From: Octopus bimaculoides | Taxonomy: Eukaryota | NCBI RefSeq assembly: GCF_001194135.2 | Contig: NC_068997.1 | Location: forward strand, 22,789,840-22,827,508 | Length of the DNA stretch: 37,669 nucleotides | Direction of reading: 5' to 3' | Shown here: in pieces, positions 22,616 to 33,345 of the stretch | Position numbering within the stretch: the first letter of the stretch is position 1 | How the letters are laid out: the number at the start of each line of letters is the position of its first letter | The notes under the pieces: generated by a model | Told to the model about the DNA's origin: nothing | What the model saw: only the letters and a program-made list of their open reading frames with translations | Database searches by the model: none | Position numbers and translations under genes: made by a program

Positions 22616-22840
22616 GGCTCACCGTCCGTTTCGACGACCAGTATTCCTGATGATTTGATCAAAGCGAACAGCCTCTTCGTGGAATTAATGTGCAAGCGGC
22701 TGAGCACTCTACGGAAGCAAGTACTCTAAACGTAGCTTTCAGGAAAGCTCAATGTGAAATAGAGTACTTTTCTCAAAGAGCCACGCTGCACGGCGTAACT
22801 ATCGCAAGCCAGATAACCTAACCACTAAGCCACTCGCCTT
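22616..22840 (-). mobile_element. SINE family C, internally deleted
   Basis: TCGACGAC...TGATCAA..GAACAGCCT..TCGTGGAATTAATGTGCAAGCGGCTGAGCACTC is the rc of 18800-18900; head CCTAACCACTAAGCCACTCGCC at about 22817-22838. Confidence 0.8.
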
Positions 22841-22876
22841 CACGCATATATGTATATTGAGAGAGAAAGAGAGAGT

Positions 22877-22918
<42 letters not shown>

Positions 22919-23601
22919 NNNNNNNNNNNNNNNNNNNNNNNNNNNNNNNNNNNNNNNNNNNNNNNNNNNNNNNNNNNNNNNNNNNNNNNNNNNNNNNNNN
23001 NNNNNNNNNNNNNNNNNNNNNNNNNNNNNNNNNNNNNNNNNNNNNNNNNNNNNNNNNNNNNNNNNNNNNNNNNNNNNNNNNNNNNNNNNNNNNNNNNNNN
23101 NNNNNNNNNNNNNNNNNNNNNNNNNNNNNNATATATATATGTATATATATATGTATATATATATGTATATATATATATATATATATATAGGTTGTGTATG
23201 TATGTGTCTACATACGCATACACACACACATATGTATGTATGTATGTATGTATGTAGGCATACGAACACACGTACGTCATCACGTCTATGGCGAAAGCTG
23301 AAGCTACTCTTGCCTGGCATTCGTCATTTTCTGTTCATGCAACATTAAACATTATGGCCGCGTTTGTGTTTGTGTTGTGACATCTGCTTAAACAGCACCT
23401 GCTCTGTGTATATCTGTCTGTTTGTCTCTATGTTCGTCTGTCTGTCTGTTTATCTGTCGGTTTGTCTGTCTATCTTGTGTCTATCTAGCTATCTCTCTTT
23501 CCTATACTGTCAATCTGTCTCACTCTCTCTCTCTCTCTCTCTCTCCACCACACTTTTTCAGTTCCTCTCTATCTATCTGTCTATCTATCTATCTATCTAT
23601 A

Positions 23602-23657
<56 letters not shown>

Positions 23658-23889
23658 ACATCTATAAATACTACTCGCCATAAATGCTATTCGCCATCAC
23701 CATTTATGTGCAGCATAAATGCCTTTTTGGATGGGGTGGTCACAGCTCCTCCTCTATAGATTTTTGGTTGTTCATCCGCTTGTATCCATTACTGAAAAAC
23801 TGACCGGGCCACCCGACACTGAATACGTACATCAGTCGGCAGGCGTCAACATCAACCCTACTAGGCGATTAAAGTAAGGGAATTATCAA

Positions 23890-24018
23890 GACAGATAGAA
23901 TGGCTTGCAGTATTCGTACCGGTTCCCTGCACTTTCAGTTTATATTCCGTTTGGGTTAAACCACTTTGAGGTCAGCATTGTTCTGAGATCGATGAATAAA
24001 GTATTAGTCAATTACTAG
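23890..24018 (+). mobile_element. Highly diverged SINE family B-like remnant
   Basis: TTCTGAGATCGATGAATAAAGTATTAGTCAATTACT resembles the TTTCGGGGTCGATAAATTAAGTACCAGT core. Confidence 0.35.
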
Positions 24019-25116
24019 TGTTCATTCGTATCTCATCTTTATTCTCAGAATCTAGGTTATCTGGCTTACTCCCTTTCTTCCCCCCCTGTACCTCTCTCTC
24101 TCTCTCTCTCTCTTCCGCTTCCTCTCTCTCCCCTTCTTTATCTGAAACACACTCATGCAGAATCCTCCACCACGGTACCTTTAAATATACTGTGTTACAC
24201 CTTCAGCTGGGCGGAGGAGAACTATTCACTNNNNNNNNNNNNNNNNNNNNNNNNNNNNNNNNNNNNNNNNNNNNNNNNNNNNNNNNNNNNNNNNNNNNNN
24301 NNNNNNNNNNNNNNNNNNNNNNNNNNNNNNNNNNNNNNNNNNNNNNNNNNNNNNNNNNNNNNNNNNNNNNNNNNNNNNNNNNNNNNNNNNNNNNNNNNNN
24401 NNNNNNNNNNNNNNNNNNNNNNNNNNNNNNNNNNNNNNNNNNNNNNNNNNNNNNNNNNNNNNNNNNNNNNNNNNNNNNNNNNNNNNNNNNNNNNNNNNNN
24501 NNNNNNNNNNNNNNNNNNNNNNNNNNNNNNNNNNNNNNNNNNNNNNNNNNNNNNNNNNNNNNNNNNNNNNNNNNNNNNNNNNNNNNNNNNNNNNNNNNNN
24601 NNNNNNNNNNNNNNNNNNNNNNNNNNNNNNNNNNNNNNNNNNNNNNNNNNNNNNNNNNNNNNNNNNNNNNNNNNNNNNNNNNNNNNNNNNNNNNNNNNNN
24701 NNNNNNNNNNNNNNNNNNNNNNNNNNNNNNNNNNNNNNNNNNNNNNNNNNNNNNNNNNNNNNNNNNNNNNNNNNNNNNNNNNNNNNNNNNNNNNNNNNNN
24801 NNNNNNNNNNNNNNNNNNNNNNNNNNNNNNNNNNNNNNNNNNNNNNNNNNNNNNNNNNNNNNNNNNNNNNNNNNNNNNNNNNNNNNNNNNNNNNNNNNNN
24901 NNNNNNNNNNNNNNNNNNNNNNNNNNNNNNNNNNNNNNNNNNNNNNNNNNNNNNNNNNNNNNNNNNNNNNNNNNNNNNNNNNNNNNNNNNNNNNNNNNNN
25001 NNNNNNNNNNNNNNNNNNNNNNNNNNNNNNNNNNNNNNNNNNNNNNNNNNNNNNNNNNNNNNNNNNNNNNNNNNNNNNNNNNNNNNNNNNNNNNNNNNNA
25101 TATATATACATATATA

Positions 25117-25279
25117 CGACGAGCTTCTTTCAGTTTCCGTCTGCCAAATCCACTCACAAGGCTTTGGTCGGCCCGAGGCTATAGTAGAAGACACTTGCCC
25201 AAGGTGCCACGCAGTGGGATTGAACCCAGAACCATGTGGTTGGTCAGCAAGCTACTTACCACACAGCCACTCCTACACC
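25117..25279 (-). mobile_element. SINE family A, 5' half, young-looking copy
   Basis: CGACGAGCTTCTTTCAGTTTCCGTCTGCCAAATCCACTCACAAGGCTTTGGTCGGCCCGAGGCTATAGTAGAAGACACTTGCCCAAGGTGCCACGCAGTGGGATTGAACCC...CACAGCCACTCCT. Confidence 0.92.
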
Positions 25280-26733
25280 TATATATATATAATTACGCTT
25301 ATATATCTATAATTACGAGAATATACCTGCGGGCTTCTGACCAAAGCTTTTCATTTATTGTCCAGCGGTCGGATAACTAACATTTGTGGAACCGACGCCC
25401 ACTGTGTTTACGATCACACTTCTGCATGTTAGATGCCAGACCATCGCAGCGTTTCGTTACGAAGATGCATAATTCCCAGTTTCTGTGTTTTCTCCTTTTC
25501 TTTTCTTTTTCTTTTTTTTTTGTTTGTTTTTGTTTTTCTCATGAATATTCTGGACATTGTCCATCCGAATCCCAGATTGTCATATTATGTTACGAAGGTG
25601 GTTGAGTGGCTTGAATGCATGATCGTTTCCAATAACATCAACATTTCGCAAGGTTCTACAAGCAGAGAAATATATGTATACTACATGTAGTGAACATGTA
25701 TGCTTGTGTGTGTACGTATGCATAAATGTGTATGTAACCTATGGAAGGACGAAAGAAAGGATGAAAGTATGGTTAGACAGATACGTACACACATATATAG
25801 ATTTTATATATCCCTTCATCAGAGACAGTGAGGGAAAATGTTTGAGTATTAATTATTGTAGAGAAGACATGAAATATATATATATATATANNNNNNNNNN
25901 NNNNNNNNNNNNNNNNNNNNNNNNNNNNNNNNNNNNNNNNNNNNNNNNNNNNNNNNNNNNNNNNNNNNNNNNNNNNNNNNNNNNNNNNNNNNNNNNNNNN
26001 NNNNNNNNNNNNNNNNNNNNNNNNNNNNNNNNNNNNNNNNNNNNNNNNNNNNNNNNNNNNNNNNNNNNNNNNNNNNNNNNNNNNNNNNNNNNNNNNNNNN
26101 NNNNNNNNNNNNNNNNNNNNNNNNNNNNNNNNNNNNNNNNNNNNNNNNNNNNNNNNNNNNNNNNNNNNNNNNNNNNNNNNNNNNNNNNNNNNNNNNNNNN
26201 NNNNNNNNNNNNNNNNNNNNNNNNNNNNNNNNNNNNNNNNNNNNNNNNNNNNNNNNNNNNNNNNNNNNNNNNNNNNNNNNNNNNNNNNNNNNNNNNNNNN
26301 NNNNNNNNNNNNNNNNNNNNNNNNNNNNNNNNNNNNNNNNNNNNNNNNNNNNNNNNNNNNNNNNNNNNNNNNNNNNNNNNNNNNNNNNNNNNNNNNNNNN
26401 NNNNNNNNNNNNNNNNNNNNNNNNNNNNNNNNNNNNNNNNNNNNNNNNNNNNNNNNNNNNNNNNNNNNNNNNNNNNNNNNNNNNNNNNNNNNNNNNNNNN
26501 NNNNNNNNNNNNNNNNNNNNNNNNNNNNNNNNNNNNNNNNNNNNNNNNNNNNNNNNNNNNNNNNNNNNNNNNNNNNNNNNNNNNNNNNNNNNNNNNNNNN
26601 NNNNNNNNNNNNNNNNNNNNNNNNNNNNNNNNNNNNNNNNNNNNNNNNNNNNNNNNNNNNNNNNNNNNNNNNNNNNNNNNNNNNNNNNNNNNNNNNNNNN
26701 NNNNNNNNNNNNNNNNNNNNNNNNNNNNNNNNN

Positions 26734-26880
26734 TATATATATATGGGAGAATTTACGAAAAAAAAACAACAGACGAAGACATGTGGTGTAAACAAGAAAT
26801 GGATGTATTAGTTTAACGCTCGGGAATAGAGAAAGTCTTTGACGTTTCGAGCTACGCTCTACAACTGAAAGGAACACATC
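26734..26880 (-). mobile_element. Probable Penelope-like terminal repeat fragment with degenerate minimal hammerhead-like motif (26837-26871)
   Basis: Minus strand CTTT-CAGTTGTA-GAGC-GTA-GCTC-GAAAC-GTC-AAAG, followed by an about 100-nt U-rich tail ending in (TA)n. Confidence 0.5.
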
Positions 26881-27194
26881 TGTGTGTTTGCATAAGATAT
26901 ACATTTACTTCTTAACATATCTATATACTTCGTACATCAAAGTCATACACATAGTTACTTTAAAGATACGTTATTAATTATTCTCTTGTCCCTTTTTTCA
27001 ATATTGCTTTGTATATTGATGTATTAATTACCGATCGAGTGCTACTAATTAACACATAGTAATTAACTGCTGTTTTTGCCTTCATGTATCTTTACAGTTA
27101 TAGATTAATAAGAACTACGAGATGGGGTAGGTAATGGGGTATCGGTGAACAGAAATTTAAATTGATAGTTTATGTTAACGATACTGGTGGAGAA

Positions 27195-27440
27195 GGGTGA
27201 TGCTGGTTGTTGCTGTTGTTGTGGTGGTGGTGAGCGTGATAGTGATGGTGGTAGTGGTGATGGTGATGATGGTGACGGTGATAATGATGGTGGTGGTGGT
27301 AATGATAGTAGAGCTGTTGCTGACGATGATGGTATTAATGGTGGTGGTGTTGTTGTTGTTGTTGGTGGTGGTGGTGACGATTTTGGTGCTAGGGATTACG
27401 TTGATTGGGTGATGGTGATATAAATATGGTGGCGGCGGCG
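27195..27440. repeat. Mixed GGT/GAT/TGT trinucleotide low-complexity tract
   Basis: Degenerate trinucleotide repeats running into a gap. Confidence 0.85.
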
Positions 27441-28152
27441 ACNNNNNNNNNNNNNNNNNNNNNNNNNNNNNNNNNNNNNNNNNNNNNNNNNNNNNNNNNN
27501 NNNNNNNNNNNNNNNNNNNNNNNNNNNNNNNNNNNNNNNNNNNNNNNNNNNNNNNNNNNNNNNNNNNNNNNNNNNNNNNNNNNNNNNNNNNNNNNNNNNN
27601 NNNNNNNNNNNNNNNNNNNNNNNNNNNNNNNNNNNNNNNNNNNNNNNNNNNNNNNNNNNNNNNNNNNNNNNNNNNNNNNNNNNNNNNNNNNNNNNNNNNN
27701 NNNNNNNNNNNNNNNNNNNNNNNNNNNNNNNNNNNNNNNNNNNNNNNNNNNNNNNNNNNNNNNNNNNNNNNNNNNNNNNNNNNNNNNNNNNNNNNNNNNN
27801 NNNNNNNNNNNNNNNNNNNNNNNNNNNNNNNNNNNNNNNNNNNNNNNNNNNNNNNNNNNNNNNNNNNNNNNNNNNNNNNNNNNNNNNNNNNNNNNNNNNN
27901 NNNNNNNNNNNNNNNNNNNNNNNNNNNNNNNNNNNNNNNNNNNNNNNNNNNNNNNNNNNNNNNNNNNNNNNNNNNNNNNNNNNNNNNNNNAACAAATACA
28001 AAACAGGAAACAGAACAGAAAATGGTGAAATGGTAAGATAAGATTTGAGCCGTGTAGACATTGCTAATAGTTTAATAATTATTTCTTATATTTGCAAAAG
28101 GTTGGTTCTTGTTTCTGGCGTTGTCTTTCCTGCGGTTCCTGCTACTGCTGTT

Positions 28153-28185
<33 letters not shown>

Positions 28186-28289
28186 GCTCCTGCTGATTAT
28201 CCTCGGTTCAGTATTGGTCAAGTTGGCGTGCTGGAAAAAGTCTTAAAGCGTCGAATTGATTAATACCTTGCTGTAGTTTTTTTCCGCCT

Positions 28290-28345
28290 GTCTGCGTTCT
28301 GAGTGTAAGTCCAGCCGAAGCAATCTTAGCTTTTAATCCTTTCAG
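28290..28345 (+). mobile_element. Diverged SINE family B fragment
   Basis: GCGTTCTGAGTGTAAGTCCAGCCGAAG...CTTTTAATCCTTTCAGG. Confidence 0.55.
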
Positions 28346-28419
28346 GATTAACAAAATGGCATCAAATTTTGAAACAGGGCTTTTAAACTTGAGGGGTTTG
28401 GTTTAATTGATTTTATCGC

Positions 28420-28514
28420 CCCACCCCCACCCTAGTACCAGCCTGGAACTTTATTTTATTGACCCCAGCAATGATGTAAGGCATAGTTGACTTCGGCAGG
28501 GTTTGACCTCAGGA
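28420..28514 (-). mobile_element. Diverged SINE family B fragment
   Basis: TTTATTTTATTGACCCC...GGCATAGTTGACTTCGGCAGGGTTTGACCTCAG. Confidence 0.6.
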
Positions 28515-28600
28515 TCGATGAATAAGATACCAATTAGGAATGATGGCGAAGTTGCGTGAATTTCCCTCCTTCACGCTCCTTCTCTCTTCCTTTCTCTTCC

Positions 28601-28660
28601 TCCTCTCTATTTCTCTCCCCTCTCCTCTATTTCTCTCCCCTCTCCTCTATTTCTCTCCCC
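28601..28660. repeat. 20-bp pyrimidine minisatellite x3 (TCTCCTCTATTTCTCTCCCC)
   Basis: Two identical units at 28621-28660 plus one variant unit at 28601-28620. Confidence 0.85.
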
Positions 28661-29760
28661 TCTCTCTCTCTCCCTCTCCCTCTCTCGACGGAAATCATTT
28701 TGTTGAAAGCAAGCTTCTTACTACACAGCCTTACATTCATACATACATACATACATGCATACATACATACATACATACATACATAAATACATTCATACAT
28801 GCATGCATACATACATACATGCATACATACATAGAAACACACACACATACATACATACATACATGCATGCATACATACAAACATACAAAAATATTTCATT
28901 GTTGATATTGAAATTCCAATGAAAGAAATTTGGATCTCGGTTAGAAACTGGCTCTTTCTCTATTGGCAAGAAATCTTGAAATAAAACTGAATAATGACAT
29001 ATATATANNNNNNNNNNNNNNNNNNNNNNNNNNNNNNNNNNNNNNNNNNNNNNNNNNNNNNNNNNNNNNNNNNNNNNNNNNNNNNNNNNNNNNNNNNNNN
29101 NNNNNNNNNNNNNNNNNNNNNNNNNNNNNNNNNNNNNNNNNNNNNNNNNNNNNNNNNNNNNNNNNNNNNNNNNNNNNNNNNNNNNNNNNNNNNNNNNNNN
29201 NNNNNNNNNNNNNNNNNNNNNNNNNNNNNNNNNNNNNNNNNNNNNNNNNNNNNNNNNNNNNNNNNNNNNNNNNNNNNNNNNNNNNNNNNNNNNNNNNNNN
29301 NNNNNNNNNNNNNNNNNNNNNNNNNNNNNNNNNNNNNNNNNNNNNNNNNNNNNNNNNNNNNNNNNNNNNNNNNNNNNNNNNNNNNNNNNNNNNNNNNNNN
29401 NNNNNNNNNNNNNNNNNNNNNNNNNNNNNNNNNNNNNNNNNNNNNNNNNNNNNNNNNNNNNNNNNNNNNNNNNNNNNNNNNNNNNNNNNNNNNNNNNNNN
29501 NNNNNNNNNNNNNNNNNNNNNNNNNNNNNNNNNNNNNNNNNNNNNNNNNNNNNNNNNNNNNNNNNNNNNNNNNNNNNNNNNNNNNNNNNNNNNNNNNNNN
29601 NNNNNNNNNNNNNNNNNNNNNNNNNNNNNNNNNNNNNNNNNNNNNNNNNNNNNNNNNNNNNNNNNNNNNNNNNNNNNNNNNNNNTATATATATACATATA
29701 TATATATGCATATATATATATATGTATATATATATATATGCATGTATGTATATATATATA

Positions 29761-29811
<51 letters not shown>

Positions 29812-30449
29812 CATATATATGTGTGTATACACCCCCACCCACCCCACATATATATACATTGGTGTACCTGGAAATGAGGTAGAGTTTGTGCCCGTTATGC
29901 CATGTTCCCCTTTCAGCTTTGTATGTCAAGACATTCAGAAATTACTTAAGAATTCCAGAAGGACGACAGTTTTGGAGAGGGGTGCTAGGTATAGGGTATA
30001 GGATTCCGTGCTGTGTTTGATGAGTTGAACACGGGCAAAATTATCTGAAGATGAGTTGCAAGTAAAATCCATACTGTCCTATTTATTTAAATGTTTTACT
30101 ATTTATATTAAATGTAAAACAAAACGTTTTATAACTGTTACAACGTCTCCATACCCTATGGGCAGGTATTAACTCTAATACAAAACCTCGAAGCAGTAAC
30201 TGTTATCGGCTCGATCAGTGTTGTACTGCGCCTAGTTAAAGTTCTCTATATATAGGTAAAAACAGACTTTTCCTTTTTAAGATTACATACGAATAAATAA
30301 CTTGAGAAAATGACCACCTTTGATTTGTTAAGTTCGTGAAAAAAAGCCTATTGCTTGACAAAACAACCAGTCTGGTATTGAAAACATGAGTCTTGAACTA
30401 TCTCGATAGTCAGCAGTTAATCAAAGCTAATGCGTAATTTTATAACTTT

Positions 30450-30516
30450 TTGCGACCCACTAGGATTCCGTTCGCGACCCATCAGTGGGTCGCGACTCAT
30501 AGTTTGGGAGCCACTG
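30450..30516 (-). mobile_element. hAT-type (Charlie/SPIN-like) transposon or MITE end
   Basis: rc CAGTGGCTCCCAAACT terminal motif followed by repeated GGGTCGC/GCGACCC subterminal motifs. Confidence 0.65.
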
Positions 30517-30554
30517 GTAGACCTACAAAATGCATTATACTTACAAATGTGAAC

Positions 30555-30818
30555 GGGCGTAGCTGAGTGGCTAGGGTATTGCACTAAGGATCGTAACATC
30601 ATCGTTGCGATTTCCAATGCATTGTGCTCTTGAGACAAGCATTACATCTTACGTTGCTGGTGCCCCACTCAACTGTAAATTGGTAACAATGTGACGGACT
30701 GGCGTTTCGTTCAGGAGAAATATTGGCTTGCTTGCTTAACCAGCAGGGTGACATCATTGGGATATTATAAAAATACGACAACCATGCATTGTGGTCGATA
30801 TTTACAAATACATTATCT
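30555..30818 (+). mobile_element. SINE family E (tRNA head like family C, different body)
   Basis: TAGCTGAGTGG A-box-like; TTGTGCTCTTGAGACAAGCA block; GTGACGGACTGGCGTTTCGTTCAGG block. Confidence 0.6.
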
Positions 30819-30837
30819 AATATTTGTAATACTAATA

Positions 30838-31056
30838 AGGTAGCGAGCAGACAGATTCGTTACTGCACCGGGCAAAATGCAAATGCTTATCGGCATTCCG
30901 TCCGTCTTTACATTCTGAGTTCAAATTCCGCCGAGATTGACTTTTCTTTTACTTCTTTCGGGGTCGATAAAATGAGTATCAACTGAGCACTGGGACCTAT
31001 GTATTCGACTCAACCTCCCCACCAAAATTACTGACTTTGTGCCAAAAATTTGGAAT
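30838..31056 (+). mobile_element. SINE family B
   Basis: AAGGTAGCGAGC...TTCTGAGTTCAAATTCCGCCGAGATTGAC...TTTCGGGGTCGATAAAATGAGTA...GTGCCAAAAATTTGGAATC. Confidence 0.85.
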
Positions 31057-31653
31057 CCATATCTATAATGTTCATACAGCGTTTTTTTTTTTCGAGAGAA
31101 AGAATACTGTTATTTCTAGCAAATTGTGCGGTCATATAGAGGTAGACTTCTTCTACTCGACAACTCAGTATTTCTATAAGATCACGATAATAATGAGAAC
31201 GACAACGATGTGGGCAACATCTTCTCAATACATTTATAATGGCTAAAGAAAACTAATAAAGCATAACATAAGAACTATANNNNNNNNNNGGATATAATGA
31301 GTAAAACACGTGTGTATATAATGTATATAATAACATTGATACAGTAGTTACTGTATAAACATAAACATACACACACACTCACATATAAGTATGTATGAAT
31401 ATATGAATGCGTATATTGTATAAGTTTATTTAAATGTCGATTATATTTGTATGGCGGTACAATTTAATATGTGTGAGAGAGAGAAAGAGAGAGAGAGAAA
31501 GAGAATGAGAGAGAGAGAGAGAGAGAGGAATAACGTGCGATATATAAAAATTCATTCATATATACATATACGGACATCCGACATATTTATGGCTTCCAAT
31601 GAACTGTGACAACACAGCAGGATAGAGAGATCATGTGCATGCACGCGCGCGTA

Positions 31654-31692
<39 letters not shown>

Positions 31693-31880
31693 TTAATACA
31701 TATAATATGCCGAACACAGTCTTGTCGTCTACTTTGTAATCAAAACCATACTTAAAATATTATTATAACTATGTACACTTGTTCTTCTCGGTGTCGATGC
31801 GTGTGTCTTGCTGTTCTGATTGTTAGTGATACATCTGCAGAAAAATATACAAAGGAAATTAAGCAAATACTCATGGAAAT

Positions 31881-31889
31881 AACAATAAC

Positions 31890-31953
<64 letters not shown>

Positions 31954-31982
31954 GTAGTAATAGTAATAATAATAATAATAAT
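31881..31982. repeat. (AAT)n microsatellite left of LINE fragment
   Basis: Direct repeat. Confidence 0.95.
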
Positions 31983-31983
31983 A

Positions 31984-32145
31984 CACGAGAAAGCAACCAT
32001 ACTCTGGGATATGCCAATACACACAGATAGAGAAATTAAGGCAAATAGACCAGATATAGTTGTCAAAGATCATGAAGAAAAAAAATGTTTTCTAATTGAT
32101 GTATCAATACCAGCAGATGACACCGTGTCTCTAAAAGAAATAGAG
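31984..32145 (+). mobile_element. 5'-truncated non-LTR retrotransposon, restriction-like endonuclease domain (R4/Dong-like), continuing into gap
   Basis: HEKATILWDMPIHTDREIKANRPDIVVKDHEEKKCFLIDVSIPADDTVSLKEIE carries the ILWD..I.TD..I.ANRPDIV..D......LIDV.IP......KE signature (PD-(D/E)xK RLE of R2/R4/NeSL-type LINEs); frame open to the gap. Confidence 0.85.
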
Positions 32146-32463
32146 NNNNNNNNNNNNNNNNNNNNNNNNNNNNNNNNNNNNNNNNNNNNNNNNNNNNNNN
32201 NNNNNNNNNNNNNNNNNNNNNNNNNNNNNNNNNNNNNNNNNNNNNNNNNNNNNNNNNNNNNNNNNNNNNNNNNNNNNNNNNNNNNNNNNNNNNNNNNNNN
32301 NNNNNNNNNNNNNNNNNNNNNNNNNNNNNNNNNNNNNNNNNNNNNNNNNNNNNNNNNNNNNNNNNNNNNNNNNNNNNNNNNNNNNNNNNNNNNNNNNNNN
32401 NNNNNNNNNNNNNNNNNNNNNNNNNNNNNNNNNNNNNNNNNNNNNNNNNNNNNNNNNTGGAAA

Positions 32464-32473
32464 TAACAATAAC

Positions 32474-32553
<80 letters not shown>

Positions 32554-32561
32554 TAATAATA
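32464..32561. repeat. (AAT)n microsatellite right of gap
   Basis: Direct repeat. Confidence 0.95.
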
Positions 32562-33227
32562 GCTATCAGTTCTTTTCACTTTAAAAAGACGATCTTGTCA
32601 TACTGAAATAAAAGCGATAAATAAATTGTAATAAATTAAAGTGAATTAATCTTCTTTAATATCGTCCGTAATGAAAGTTCACAAGTCTATCTTATAAAGA
32701 TCACATTATGGAATATTTTGTTTCTTTCTTATTCTTGATGGGAAATAGTTAAGAGCTATTAACAAGGGTAGTGGTAGGGCTGACAGTGACAGTAGCAGCG
32801 CCAGCTAGCATACTAAATGATTCTAGCGCTTGTCCATCTAACTATTCGCAGTCGTTGTGGCGTATATACTAAAACTGCAGTAGTAATCATCTCCCTCTCT
32901 CTACCACAAGTATTTAAATGTGAGTGGTATTTGGTTATGAAGGACATTTGTTTGTTGATACCTTGCGGTTGTGTTATGTTATTACTAATCTTATATCGAG
33001 GAAAAATCTTAAAGTTCGACTGGTTCTTGCCGGAGCGTGTGTCTGTAAGTTCACTGAGTCCTATTTGTCATTATTCCAGTAGTTTAATTTGTGATCTATG
33101 CAGAGTGATACGTTGTCGTGAGCTACCCTCCCGTCTGGCCAACGTAATTTTCTCCACGCCCTATAAGAGTGTTATTGCAGACATTAAGATTTTCAGATGC
33201 AAAGATAAAGTTACTATCATTTCGAAG

Positions 33228-33345
33228 ATCTGACTTTGCCTTTAATCCTTTTGGGCTCGATAAAAGAAGTACTAGTTGAGAACTGGGGTATTAACTAAAC
33301 ACCTCTTCTGAAATTGCTGGCATTAAGCCGAAATTTGAAACAATT
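33228..33345 (+). mobile_element. SINE family B, 3' half
   Basis: GACTTTGCCTTTAATCCTTTTGGGCTCGATAAAAGAAGTACTAGTTGAGAACTGGGG...AAATTGCTGGC...AAATTTGAAAC. Confidence 0.75.

Noticed and set aside
22647-22653. CTGATGA on plus strand
   Set aside because: Lies inside a reverse-oriented SINE C body; no stem II/GAAA arrangement
25375-25470. EGF-like peptide NICGTDAHCVYDHTSAC
   Set aside because: In-frame stop right after the third Cys and no usable donor; the minus-strand frames are also closed
27172-27423. Gly/Asp-rich 83-aa ORF
   Set aside because: Degenerate trinucleotide tract, open in more than one frame, with no splice or domain support
31771-31982. N-terminal part of ORF 31771-32466 (poly-Ile)
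   Set aside because: Poly-Ile is (AAT)n; only 31984-32145 is genuine LINE coding sequence
32817-33233. 138-aa ORF and nearby GTAAGT/GTGAGT donors
   Set aside because: Starts at TTG/no clear ATG context, runs into a SINE remnant, and no consistent acceptor-donor pair gives a recognisable peptide
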